A stretch of DNA of 64,000 bases from Sulfurovum sp. (GCA_027063305.1 JAMORY010000014.1:47840-111839); one strand, 5' to 3'. Positions 34,087 through 42,946 are shown, counted from the first letter of the stretch. Program-made: numbers and translations. Notes: generated from the letters alone by a model not told the origin.

Positions 34087-34740
34087 ATGGCAAAACGTAT
34101 CAAACAAGCAACCAAAACAAAGATCGAAGAGATCAAACAACTGTTTCTCGAACACTATCCAGATTCCATAACGGAATTGGTATACCGTAACGTCTACGAG
34201 CTGCTTGTTGCCGTGATGCTATCGGCCCAATGTACCGACAAACGGGTCAACATCATCACTCCCGCTCTTTTCGAAAAATACCCTGACCCTGTTTCTCTTG
34301 CCAATGCGAATCTTGATGACGTCAAAGCATTGATCCAAAGCTGTTCGTTCTTTAACAACAAAGCGAAGAACCTCATTAAAATGGCGCAATCGGTCGTAGA
34401 GAACTACGGTGGCGAGATACCATTAGATAGAGATGAACTGGTCAAGCTTGCCGGTGTAGGACAAAAGACCGCCAATGTGGTCATGATCGAGTACACCGGT
34501 GCGAACTTGATGGCGGTCGATACGCACGTGTACCGTGTCGCTCACCGGCTGGGTCTCTGTGACGCTTCCACCGCACTGAAGTGTGAAGAGCAGCTGACAA
34601 AAAAGTTCAAGACCGATCTACACCGTCTGCACCAGGCGATGGTACTCTTCGGACGATATCACTGTAAGGCCGTCAAACCCGAATGTAACGACTGTTTTAT
34701 GAAGCCTTACTGTAAAACGACGGAGACATTCAAGGTGTAA
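34087..34740 (+). CDS. nth: Endonuclease III
   Basis: LSAQCTDKRVN; LAGVGQKTANVV; AVDTHV; CKAVKPECNDC..C FeS motif. Confidence 0.96.
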   Translation: MAKRIKQATKTKIEEIKQLFLEHYPDSITELVYRNVYELLVAVMLSAQCTDKRVNIITPALFEKYPDPVSLANANLDDVKALIQSCSFFNNKAKNLIKMAQSVVENYGGEIPLDRDELVKLAGVGQKTANVVMIEYTGANLMAVDTHVYRVAHRLGLCDASTALKCEEQLTKKFKTDLHRLHQAMVLFGRYHCKAVKPECNDCFMKPYCKTTETFKV

Positions 34741-34793
34741 TCATGGGTAGTGGGTAGTAAACTCTCCTTAATTACTCCTTCCCCCCCCTTGCA

Positions 34794-36065
34794 CTATATT
34801 GACTGTATGATTCGATCAAGAACATCAAATGTCTTCTCTACCGAATCAAGTTTCACCATCTCCCGTGTCGAGTGCGGATAGCGGATGGCCGGTCCGATGG
34901 AAGCAAACTTCATATTGGGGTATTTTTCGGCAATGACACCACACTCCAACCCCGCATGGATCGCCATGAGCTTACTTGTACCGAACACCTCTTTCATTTT
35001 TTTATCGACCAGTTTGGTAAAGTCCGTTATATCCGGTTTCCATGCGGGGTACTTGTCTTCTACCTTTGTCTTGAAACCATAGTTCTCAAACAAGCTAACC
35101 GTCTCCTGTGTCAAGCTATCCAGAGAGTCCATATCCATCGCACGTGTACTTGTCTCGATGGCTATACCACCTTTTTCATCGGCATTGATGATGGCAAGGT
35201 TGATACTGACATCCGGAATACCCAGCTCTTCATTCATACGATGTACACCTTGTTTGAAAGTGTTGATAAGATCAATAACTTTCTCACCCTCTTTCAAGAT
35301 ATCCGGTGATTCATTCAGCACACGTGCCGTTACATCCCCTTCACTCACCAATAGTGTTTCGCTTCGCACGATCGCTACGGCATTTGCAGGGATGGAGTTA
35401 CGGCGCTCTCCGGCATAGATGCTTACAAGCTGTGTCACACCTTTGTCTTTCAGGTATGCACCCAGTACTTTAATAGCAGAAGGGATACCTTTGTCAATAT
35501 CCACTCCCGAGTGTCCTCCCACAAGCCCCTTGACCGCCACTTCATAACACACACCCTTACCTTCTACATAACTGTCCTGCTTCAATGCCGTAATATCCGC
35601 CCCGCCGGCACACCCAATGTAGACTTCTGCCTCATCCTCACTGTCAAGGTTGAGCATATAGTCTGCTTTCAGATCGAACGCCAACTGATTGGCACCAATA
35701 AGCCCTATCTCTTCATCGGAAGTGAGCAGGTACTCAAGCACCCTCCCCTCATCCATCAACTGCATCATCATCGCGATCGCCATCCCGTTATCCGCCCCCA
35801 AAGAGGAGTCCTTAGCCTTCATCCATCCCTCTTCCACATAGGTCTCGATACTCGGCGCTTTCCCCATACACACCATGTCATAGTGCGCCTGCAAGCAAAG
35901 TCTCGGTGCTCCTTTGCGAATATAGATATTCTTTGCCTCATCCACCTCAACCTCGTACCCTCTCTCCCTGGCAAACCCCACCAAAAAATCACAAAGCCCA
36001 TCCGCCTCTTTGGAACAGTGCGGTATCTGTGTCAGCTGTTGAAAATATTCGATTATTTTTGACAT
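34794..36065 (-). CDS. pepD: Aminoacyl-histidine dipeptidase (M20 family)
   Basis: LQAHYDMV; LGADNG; DEEIGLIGA; GGHSG; IHAGLECG. Confidence 0.88.
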   Translation of the reverse strand: MSKIIEYFQQLTQIPHCSKEADGLCDFLVGFARERGYEVEVDEAKNIYIRKGAPRLCLQAHYDMVCMGKAPSIETYVEEGWMKAKDSSLGADNGMAIAMMMQLMDEGRVLEYLLTSDEEIGLIGANQLAFDLKADYMLNLDSEDEAEVYIGCAGGADITALKQDSYVEGKGVCYEVAVKGLVGGHSGVDIDKGIPSAIKVLGAYLKDKGVTQLVSIYAGERRNSIPANAVAIVRSETLLVSEGDVTARVLNESPDILKEGEKVIDLINTFKQGVHRMNEELGIPDVSINLAIINADEKGGIAIETSTRAMDMDSLDSLTQETVSLFENYGFKTKVEDKYPAWKPDITDFTKLVDKKMKEVFGTSKLMAIHAGLECGVIAEKYPNMKFASIGPAIRYPHSTREMVKLDSVEKTFDVLDRIIQSI

Positions 36066-36085
36066 ATTTGTTTTCCTTTTAAAGT

Positions 36086-36131
36086 GGTAGGCTAAAGTAC
36101 CCTAAGGGCACTTCCTTACGGGGCGCCTACC
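36086..36131. repeat. REP-like element A, GGTAGGC...GCCTACC termini; inverted copy at 38064-38110
   Basis: Its reverse complement matches 38064-38093 exactly over 30 nt (GGTAGGCGCCCCGTAAGGAAGTGCCCTTAG). Confidence 0.8.
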
Positions 36132-36155
36132 TTACATACAAATTAAAGTTTTGTA

Positions 36156-36373
36156 TTACTTTTGCACTTCTCGTGCAGATGAGAAGCGTTAAGCAAATGT
36201 GAACTGCTTCACATTTGTAGCTTCGGAACCGAAGTGGTCGGAGTGCAGCGAAGCCACGGAGGCAATAAACATCATCCGCACGATTGCAAAAGTAACGCTT
36301 TTGGCTCCACCTTTTCTTTTGTGAAGTGAAACGGTTTGCGACAGCAAATCACTCTCTTTGAGAAAAAGGTGGA
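36156..36373. repeat. Multi-hairpin intergenic element (MITE/BIME-like mosaic)
   Basis: TTACTTTTGCA/TGCAAAAGTAA 11-bp IR enclosing three hairpins, then TCCACCTTTTCT/AGAAAAAGGTGGA IR. Confidence 0.55.
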
Positions 36374-36431
36374 AACACACCATAATACGAAAGAGAAGTA
36401 TAGTATAATCCACAAAAAATCAGGATTAACC

Positions 36432-36650
36432 ATGTGCCTCATCATCACCATCCTCTTTCTCGTCATGGCAGTACAAAGCTTCATAAACAGTGACTACGCC
36501 AGCGGATCACTCTACCTCATCATCGCTCTGGGCTTCGCCTTTATGCTCTGGAGAAACATACAACTAACACGATGTGAAAGAGACGGCAACTGCAGCGGAT
36601 GTACCTTGCCGACATGGATGACCAAATGGTTTACCAAAGAGAAAAAATAA
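36432..36650 (+). CDS. Small membrane protein with C-terminal Cys motif
   Basis: TATAAT at 36404-09, CAGGA RBS, two TM helices, C-x4-C-x2-C. Confidence 0.6.
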   Translation: MCLIITILFLVMAVQSFINSDYASGSLYLIIALGFAFMLWRNIQLTRCERDGNCSGCTLPTWMTKWFTKEKK

Positions 36651-36832
36651 TGGAACACTTTTTTGACTGCCCCTACTGCTGGGAACGCATATCCATGGTA
36701 CTTGACCCCAGTGAAGAGGAGAGCGACTACATCGAGGACTGCGAGGTCTGCTGCCGTCCTATCGAGATTTTGTTCAGATTTGAAGGTGAACGGCTTGTTC
36801 GGTTCAAAGTTCAAAGAATCGAAGGAATTTAA
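36650..36832 (+). CDS. CPXCG-motif cysteine-rich small protein
   Basis: CPYCWE...YIEDCEVCCRPI; TAATG coupling. Confidence 0.85.
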   Translation: MEHFFDCPYCWERISMVLDPSEEESDYIEDCEVCCRPIEILFRFEGERLVRFKVQRIEGI

Positions 36833-36840
36833 ACCCATTC

Positions 36841-36938
36841 GCGTAGGTCGTATTGTCCTCAATACGACACTCTGTTATCTACTCGAATAGTATGATGTGT
36901 ATTAAAGCTGTGTCGTATTCGGGGAATACGACCTACGC
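36841..36938. repeat. REPIN-like inverted pair of GTAG-REPs
   Basis: GCGTAG-GTCGTATTG-TCCT-CAATACGAC-AC and inverted GCGTAG-GTCGTATTC-CCC-GAATACGAC-AC, 39 nt apart. Confidence 0.8.
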
Positions 36939-37145
36939 ATACAAAAACTGAAAACGATCAACCATCTCCCCGTTTACCTCTACCTTTTGGGCAAACATCC
37001 CAAGCGGACGTACCCAGTATCCGTATTCTCCGTATAAAGCACGATACACCACCATCTCCTCTTCCGTTTCACTGTGTTTTGCAACAGTGATCACTTCATA
37101 CTCATTGCCTTTGTAGTGTCTGTAGATACCTTTTTGCACTTCCAT
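36933..37145 (-). CDS. DUF1653 family protein
   Basis: GIYRHYKGNEYEV...HSETEEEMVVYRALYG...WVRPLGMF. Confidence 0.9.
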   Translation of the reverse strand: MEVQKGIYRHYKGNEYEVITVAKHSETEEEMVVYRALYGEYGYWVRPLGMFAQKVEVNGEMVDRFQFLYA

Positions 37146-37205
37146 TTCACACTCCGTTGATATTGATATGCTACTATAACGAAAATCAACACAAAAAAGG
37201 AACGA

Positions 37206-37790
37206 TTGATGCAAAAATGGAGTTTGAACTTTAGACTATGGCACTGGATACATGCAGCCATCATTCTCGCTCTTCTTGGCACGGTATTTCTGAGAAAAAC
37301 CTTCCTGAGCTGGCGTACCAACAGTGAGATCATTGTTACAAAACTGACAGAACAAGGCATCGATGTCACGGCAGAAGAAGCGAAGATCGTTGCCAAAGCC
37401 ATTCGTGCACCTATGTGGGAGTGGCACATCATTCTTGGTTACGGGCTGACTGCACTGGTCATCTGGCGTATTGCCCTCCTCTTTACCCAAAGCGGAAAAC
37501 GGAATTACCAAGACCTCAAGCGTGAAACTCTACACAAAAAAGCCGTCAAAATAGGCTACATCGTTATTTACGGCGTGATTGCTTTCATGGCAGTCAGCGG
37601 ATTGATGATCCATTTTTATGACACATTAGGACTTACCAAAGATGCTGCTCATGATATTAAAGAACTGCATGAGTTCATGTACAATGCCCTGCTCATCTTC
37701 GTACCGCTGCATATTGCAGGCGTGATCGTTGCCGATGCAACGGAAGAGAAAGGCATCGTCTCCGATATGATCAACGGCGGGAAAGTATAA
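37206..37790 (+). CDS. Cytochrome b/b6-domain (Ni-hydrogenase cyt b/YceJ-like) membrane protein
   Basis: RLWHWIHA; WEWHIILG; ELHE; LHIAGV...DMING (four His heme ligands). Confidence 0.85.
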   Translation: MMQKWSLNFRLWHWIHAAIILALLGTVFLRKTFLSWRTNSEIIVTKLTEQGIDVTAEEAKIVAKAIRAPMWEWHIILGYGLTALVIWRIALLFTQSGKRNYQDLKRETLHKKAVKIGYIVIYGVIAFMAVSGLMIHFYDTLGLTKDAAHDIKELHEFMYNALLIFVPLHIAGVIVADATEEKGIVSDMINGGKV

Positions 37791-37800
37791 ATTCAATTGC

Positions 37801-37859
37801 GTAGAGGCAATCCCTTGTGGTTGCCCGAGCAGAAGAGTACCCACAAAGGGCATCCCTGC
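37801..37859. repeat. Degenerate GTAG-REP doublet
   Basis: GTAGAGGCAATCCCTTGTGGTTGCCC ... GAGTACCCACAAAGGGCATCCCTGC (imperfect inverted partner). Confidence 0.5.
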
Positions 37860-37861
37860 AT

Positions 37862-38047
37862 CTATCTTGCTATCTGAATGACAAAGTTGATGAGATACAA
37901 TACCGCGATGGTCGTTACCGTCCAGATCATCGCTCTTTTGACGTTCATGGAGGGATTCAGCGTCCCACAGTGGGGACAGCGTTTTGTACCTGTGGTAACC
38001 GGCTGTTTACAGTAGCGGCAAGGGACTTCGTTTTTTTTGTTTTCCAT
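37862..38047 (-). CDS. Small double-CxxC zinc-ribbon protein with C-terminal TM
   Basis: CRYC...CPHCG then hydrophobic helix. Confidence 0.7.
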   Translation of the reverse strand: MENKKNEVPCRYCKQPVTTGTKRCPHCGTLNPSMNVKRAMIWTVTTIAVLYLINFVIQIAR

Positions 38048-38063
38048 TTTACTTTCTTTCAAG

Positions 38064-38110
38064 GGTAGGCGCCCCGTAAGGAAGTGCCCTTAGAGGTACA
38101 ACTGCCTACC
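38064..38110. repeat. REP-like element B (inverted copy of 36086-36131)
   Basis: 30-nt identity plus shared GGTAC and GCCTACC end. Confidence 0.8.
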
Positions 38111-38176
38111 TTCTTAAACCATTGTTTTATATAGGGCTTTCGCCATAAGCTGTGACCGTATGCATATTCCCTCTCA

Positions 38177-38199
38177 GGGTGGGCAATTGCCCACCCTAC
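38177..38199 (-). repeat. Single GTAG-REP palindrome
   Basis: Minus: GTAG-GGTGGGC-AATT-GCCCACC; perfect 20-bp palindrome GGGTGGGCAATTGCCCACCC. Confidence 0.65.
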
Positions 38200-38208
38200 A
38201 GACAAAAA

Positions 38209-38264
38209 GCATTGCAAAGCAATGCATACCGACACTATTCACTATTAATTATTCACTCTTCACT
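38209..38264 (-). repeat. Heptad-repeat plus GGTAT plus hairpin element (copy 3, metH 3' end)
   Basis: Minus: AGTGAAGAGTGAATAATTAATAGTGAATAGTGTCGGTAT-GCATTGC-TTT-GCAATGC-TTTTT. Confidence 0.6.
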
Positions 38265-38273
38265 TGCGGTATA

Positions 38274-41200
38274 TCACACCGCATAATACGTCGCCTTCGG
38301 ATGATGCACCACCAACGCTGTCGTACTCTGCTCCGGATGGATCTGGAACGTTTCACTCAGTTCGATGCCAAACTCTTCAGGTCTAAGCAGGTCAAAGATG
38401 ATGCGGCTCTGCTCAAGGTCGGGGCATGCAGGATAACCAAATGAGTAACGTGCACCTCGGTAGCGGTTCATACGTACATCACGCAGGGTTGCTCCCTCAT
38501 CTTCACGCAGGATGTTCAAGTCCATACGTATCTGCTTGTGTGCCACTTCTGCAAGTGCTTCTGCAAGTTCGACCGAAAAGCCGTGTACCATATTGTACTC
38601 AAGGTATTTCCCTGCATCGTAAAGCTCTTTTTCATACGCTGAGAACTTCGGCCCCGCACTCACACAGGTAATGGGCAGTACATCATGGCGTTCATGTCTG
38701 AAAAAGTCACTCAGCGCACGGTGTGGCTTTCTGCCCTGTCTTGGGAAGCTAAATACATACTCCGCACGCCCGATAATGTCATCAAGTGGTTCACGGTTGG
38801 CATTGGCATCGACGTTCCACCCTTCTATCTCAGGGAAGACAAGCAGCTCTTGGTCATTACTACGTACCGGGTAGTACCCGTAAATGATGGTCGGTTCAAA
38901 AAGATCTTTTTCGATGAACTCACGTTTAAGCCGCTCATAGGCAGGATAGACCTTCTCTTCAAGCATTTTTTCATATTCGGCTTTGTCCATCTTGCCTTTT
39001 TTGTAACCCCAATGCATTTTGATGACGGTTTTTTTGTTCACCCAGTCAAAGACCATGTCAAGATCAAGATCGGCTTTTTGTAGCACACGTCTGCCCCAGA
39101 ACGGCGGGGTGGGGATGTCGACAGGTTCTGGCATCTCTATCTCCTCAAACGGAGGAATGATCACCTCTTTCTTCTCTTTTTTCTCATGTTTGACCATATC
39201 TCCCGCCATACGGGTATCGAGCACAGCATCGGGGTTTGTTTTCACCTCTTCATTGTACTTCTCAATACGGCTCATCGCGATCACCCCGTCAAAGGCATCA
39301 CGGCAGTAGAAGATCGGCCCTTTGTAGATAGGTCTACAGAAGTCGTCCACAAAGCTGCGTGTCAATGCCGCACCGCCAAGCAGAACCGGGATATCCAATC
39401 CCATCTCCGCCATTGTCTCAAGGTTATCCTTCATCACCGCTGTTGATTTAACCAGCAATCCACTCATCCCGATGGCCTGGATGGACTTCTCTTTCATCAC
39501 ATCAAGGTAGGTCTCAAGCTCAGTTTTGATACCGACGTTAATAACCTTGAAACCGTTATTGGAGAGGATGATGTCTACAAGGTTCTTTCCGACATCATGC
39601 ACATCCCCTTTGACCGTCCCGATAACCAGTGTGGTATCGGTCTCTTTCTCCTGCTTGGTCAGATAGGGGTTGAGGTAATCGACCGTTGCCTTCATGGTCT
39701 CTGCCGATTGAAGTACGAACGGAAGCTGCATCTCACCGCTACCGAAAAGTTCACCTACCACCTTCATGGCATCGATGAGAATTTCATTGACGATACGGTC
39801 GGGGTGTATCTCGTGACGCGCCTCTTCGACCAGCGGGATCATCCGCTCTTTGTCTCCGTCCATCAACAATCTGGCGATCTTCTCTTCGGTATTCATCGCC
39901 TCGTACGCTTCATCGTTGGCTTCAGTATCCACCTCTTTGCCTGAGAAATGCTCGATGAACTTGAAGAGTGACTGGTCATCAGGGTGAAAGAGCAGCTCTT
40001 CACACACTTCGATATCCTCTTTGCTCATCTTGTTAAGCGGAATGATATGCTTGACATTAATGATGACAGAGGTCAGTCCCGCTTCCAAACAGTGGTGCAA
40101 GAAGACGGAGTTAAGGTACATACGCGCATTCTTATCTAGCCCGAACGAGATATTGCTAAGCCCCAAAGTCGAGCCTACTTCCGGATGACGCTTGTGCAGT
40201 TCTCTGATCGCTTCAAGCGTCTGGATGGCGGCATCACGGTACTCCTCGTCTCCCGAACCGACCGTAAAGGTCAGTACGTCAAAAATAAGGTTGTGCGGTG
40301 CAATGCCGTGACGGTTGACACACAGATCATAGAGACGTTCGGCTACAGCGATCTTCTCCTCTTTGGTCTTTGCCATCCCCTTCTCATCGATGGTCAGACA
40401 GACCAGCGCGGTACCGTACTTCTTGGCAAGTCCACAGATAGCATCGAGCTTCTCTTCTCCATCTTCAAGGTTGACCGAGTTGATGATGGGCTTTCCACCG
40501 ATGCACTTAAGCCCCTCTTCCATCGTCTTGACACGGGTGGCATCAGGCATGAGAGGCAGTGGGATCTTCTGGTTGTACAGTTCCATGACCGCTTGCATGT
40601 CTTTGGCACCGTCGCGTCCGGCAAACTCGACATTGACATCAAGACAGTGCGCTCCGTCACGTACCTGTGCCTGTCCTACCGTCAGTGTCCCCTCATAATC
40701 TCCGGCAATAATGAGTTCACGGAAAGCTTTTGAACCGGTGGCATTACTTCTTTCCCCTATAAGCAGAGGTGCAGGCTCTTGGAAAAGCTCTACCGAGTTA
40801 AAGAGCGATGCGATGCTTGGCTTGATACTCCCTGTCGGTTTTTTAGGTTTGATCGTACACACTGCTTTCTCTAATGCTTGAATATGCTGAGGGGTCGTTC
40901 CACAGCATCCCCCCAGAAAACTCACCCCGTCAAACTCCGTGAACTCCAGCTGCTTGGCTGTAAACTCATCGGGTCCCATCGGGTAGTAGGTGTATCCACC
41001 ACGATTCTGCGGCAATCCCGCGTTGGCATGGATAGAGAGCGGGATGTTACACAGCTCGCTGAGTACCTTTAAATGCTTCTTCGCCTGATCGGGGCCCGTA
41101 CCACAGTTGAGTCCCAAAGAGAGAATATCGAACGGCTCTAAAATGGTCACGATCGTTGCCGCATCGGTACCAATGAGCATCGAACCGCTCAGCTCAATGG

Positions 41201-41792
41201 TTACAGAGACCATAATGGGCAGTTCTGTACCTCTCTCTTTATTGGCATCCTGACACGCATGGAGTGCGGCTTTGATCTGTAGCGGATCTTGACAGGTCTC
41301 AAGCAAGAAGATGTCACATCCACCATCTATAAGCCCCTCTGCAACCACTTTATACCCTGCGTACATCTCATCGTAGTGAATATGTCCGAGCGAGGGCAGT
41401 TTGGTTCCAGGGCCAATGGATCCGAGTACAAAACGTGGCTTTTGGGGAGTCGTGTATACATCACATACCTCTTTTACAAGCATCGCCCCTTTCTTAGAGA
41501 GTTCATAGGCACGATCACCCATCTGATACTCGTCCAGTACCCACGGCATCGTTCCGAAGGTATTGGTCTTGATAAGATCCGCACCCGCCATCGCATAACG
41601 CTTATGAATACGTTTAATAAGGTCCGGAGCCGTATCGATAAGGAGTTCGTTACACCCCTCTTGCTCACGTCCTTCATGATCTATCCATGCCTCTTTGGGA
41701 ATATCAAGATCCTGTATCTGCGTACCCATGGCACCATCGATAACCAATATGCGTTCATCGATCAATGATCGTATCTTTTCTGTGGTAGACAC
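38274..41792 (-). CDS. metH: Cobalamin-dependent methionine synthase
   Basis: DGAMGT; GGCCGT; IGERSN; GDVHDVGKN B12 motif; YPACPDL. Confidence 0.97.
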   Translation of the reverse strand: MSTTEKIRSLIDERILVIDGAMGTQIQDLDIPKEAWIDHEGREQEGCNELLIDTAPDLIKRIHKRYAMAGADLIKTNTFGTMPWVLDEYQMGDRAYELSKKGAMLVKEVCDVYTTPQKPRFVLGSIGPGTKLPSLGHIHYDEMYAGYKVVAEGLIDGGCDIFLLETCQDPLQIKAALHACQDANKERGTELPIMVSVTIELSGSMLIGTDAATIVTILEPFDILSLGLNCGTGPDQAKKHLKVLSELCNIPLSIHANAGLPQNRGGYTYYPMGPDEFTAKQLEFTEFDGVSFLGGCCGTTPQHIQALEKAVCTIKPKKPTGSIKPSIASLFNSVELFQEPAPLLIGERSNATGSKAFRELIIAGDYEGTLTVGQAQVRDGAHCLDVNVEFAGRDGAKDMQAVMELYNQKIPLPLMPDATRVKTMEEGLKCIGGKPIINSVNLEDGEEKLDAICGLAKKYGTALVCLTIDEKGMAKTKEEKIAVAERLYDLCVNRHGIAPHNLIFDVLTFTVGSGDEEYRDAAIQTLEAIRELHKRHPEVGSTLGLSNISFGLDKNARMYLNSVFLHHCLEAGLTSVIINVKHIIPLNKMSKEDIEVCEELLFHPDDQSLFKFIEHFSGKEVDTEANDEAYEAMNTEEKIARLLMDGDKERMIPLVEEARHEIHPDRIVNEILIDAMKVVGELFGSGEMQLPFVLQSAETMKATVDYLNPYLTKQEKETDTTLVIGTVKGDVHDVGKNLVDIILSNNGFKVINVGIKTELETYLDVMKEKSIQAIGMSGLLVKSTAVMKDNLETMAEMGLDIPVLLGGAALTRSFVDDFCRPIYKGPIFYCRDAFDGVIAMSRIEKYNEEVKTNPDAVLDTRMAGDMVKHEKKEKKEVIIPPFEEIEMPEPVDIPTPPFWGRRVLQKADLDLDMVFDWVNKKTVIKMHWGYKKGKMDKAEYEKMLEEKVYPAYERLKREFIEKDLFEPTIIYGYYPVRSNDQELLVFPEIEGWNVDANANREPLDDIIGRAEYVFSFPRQGRKPHRALSDFFRHERHDVLPITCVSAGPKFSAYEKELYDAGKYLEYNMVHGFSVELAEALAEVAHKQIRMDLNILREDEGATLRDVRMNRYRGARYSFGYPACPDLEQSRIIFDLLRPEEFGIELSETFQIHPEQSTTALVVHHPKATYYAV

Positions 41793-42035
41793 AAGACTCC
41801 TTTTTTGGGTCGCTTCACCCGCAATATCTTTCGTAATTGTATCAAAGTATCGTTAAAGCCGAAACAGGATACACCATTTTGTCGTTATTCTCATATTTTG
41901 TTGTATTTGTGTTATATTCTTGTGCTATCGTATAAAAGTATAGAGATACGGAATATAGCATATAACACATCAGCTATTCCCGTTGAGGATTTATTAACGG
42001 AAAGATGCTATACTTCTGCTTAAATCTAAAGCCAG

Positions 42036-42123
42036 ACTGTAAATGAAAAAGCCAAACCCTGCTGAAAAGAGGGGACGGAAAGCCATGGGTCTTTGAAAAG
42101 AGATCGCCAGGTTGCCATACAGT
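42036..42123 (+). ncRNA. c-di-GMP-I (GEMM) riboswitch
   Basis: P1 ACTGTA..TG/CA..TACAGT; AAAAG-CCAAACCC...GAAA tetraloop...GGGACGGAAAGCC; P3 closing CCAGGTTGC; G20, A47 and C92 equivalents present; TGcTATACT promoter at ~42006-14. Confidence 0.8.
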
Positions 42124-42163
42124 TATCTAAATACCCTATCTATTTGGATACCTCTTTTTCTTT
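42121..42163 (+). terminator. Putative riboswitch expression-platform terminator
   Basis: TATCTAAATA/TATTTGGATA stem followed by CTCTTTTTCTTT. Confidence 0.45.
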
Positions 42164-42196
42164 ACCTGGACTTTACCGCAAAGGAATGGAAAAGAT

Positions 42197-42652
42197 ATGG
42201 GAAAAGTTATTAAAAATGTTATTACCAGCAAAGAGATCGTCAAACCGGATCCTATTGATGAAGAGATTCCGTTTGACGGTGGTGTGATGATCACCGAGAC
42301 CGATACTGCCGGTATCATTACCTACGCAAACCGTAAATTCCGTGAAATGACCGGATACTCCAAAGAGGAGCTTATCGGTGCACCACACAGCATCAACCGA
42401 CATCCCGATATGCCAAAGGCTGCATTCAAAGGTTTATGGGACACTATTAAGGCCGGTGAGTACTGGGAAGGGCTTGTAAAGAATATGAACAACGAGGGGA
42501 AATACTACCTTGTTATCGTATGGATCAAGCCGAAATTTGATGAGAACGGAAATATCGTAGGGTATATCGCCGGTCGTAAAATACCTGATAGAGAAGCGAT
42601 GAATGCTGCACTTGAGCAGTATAAGAAGATGAAAGCCGAAGAAGAGAAATAA
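42197..42652 (+). CDS. Stand-alone PAS domain protein (Aer/NifL-like)
   Basis: ITETDTAGIITYANRKF..MTGYSKEELIG.PHSINRHPDMP...LWDTI..G..WEG.VKN. Confidence 0.9.
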   Translation: MGKVIKNVITSKEIVKPDPIDEEIPFDGGVMITETDTAGIITYANRKFREMTGYSKEELIGAPHSINRHPDMPKAAFKGLWDTIKAGEYWEGLVKNMNNEGKYYLVIVWIKPKFDENGNIVGYIAGRKIPDREAMNAALEQYKKMKAEEEK

Positions 42653-42670
42653 CTCTCTTCTCTTACGGGC

Positions 42671-42901
42671 TTAAAGCGTTACTTTAGCCTTCTGCAATGC
42701 ATCGATCACTGCATCGATGTTCTCCTTTGGAATATGCACTTTCCAATCAGGCTCGTTTGCATCCGAACTTAGTGTGATACCGATGCTTGCGACACTTTCA
42801 CTCCCTTCACCGTAAGGCGATTCAATGGTCGTTACCGTGATCTTTCCGTCATTGCTTCCACTTAGATCCATTTGTGCGATCTGGGTTACCTTTCCACTCA
42901 T
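42671..42901 (-). CDS. Conserved-looking hypothetical protein
   Basis: 76-aa ORF with AAGGAG RBS. Confidence 0.65.
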   Translation of the reverse strand: MSGKVTQIAQMDLSGSNDGKITVTTIESPYGEGSESVASIGITLSSDANEPDWKVHIPKENIDAVIDALQKAKVTL

Positions 42902-42946
42902 ATCGAACTCCTTTAAAATTGCTTTGATCGATTATAACATAAAAGG

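Noticed and set aside
34742-34790. TGGGTAG x2 and C8 tract between convergent nth and pepD
   Set aside because: Too short and degenerate to assign to the heptad family; the poly-C is outside any CDS or promoter.
41793-42000. SAM or cobalamin riboswitch upstream of metH
   Set aside because: Only a small GGGT-GAAGCG-ACCC hairpin and a 10-bp IR were found; no riboswitch consensus.
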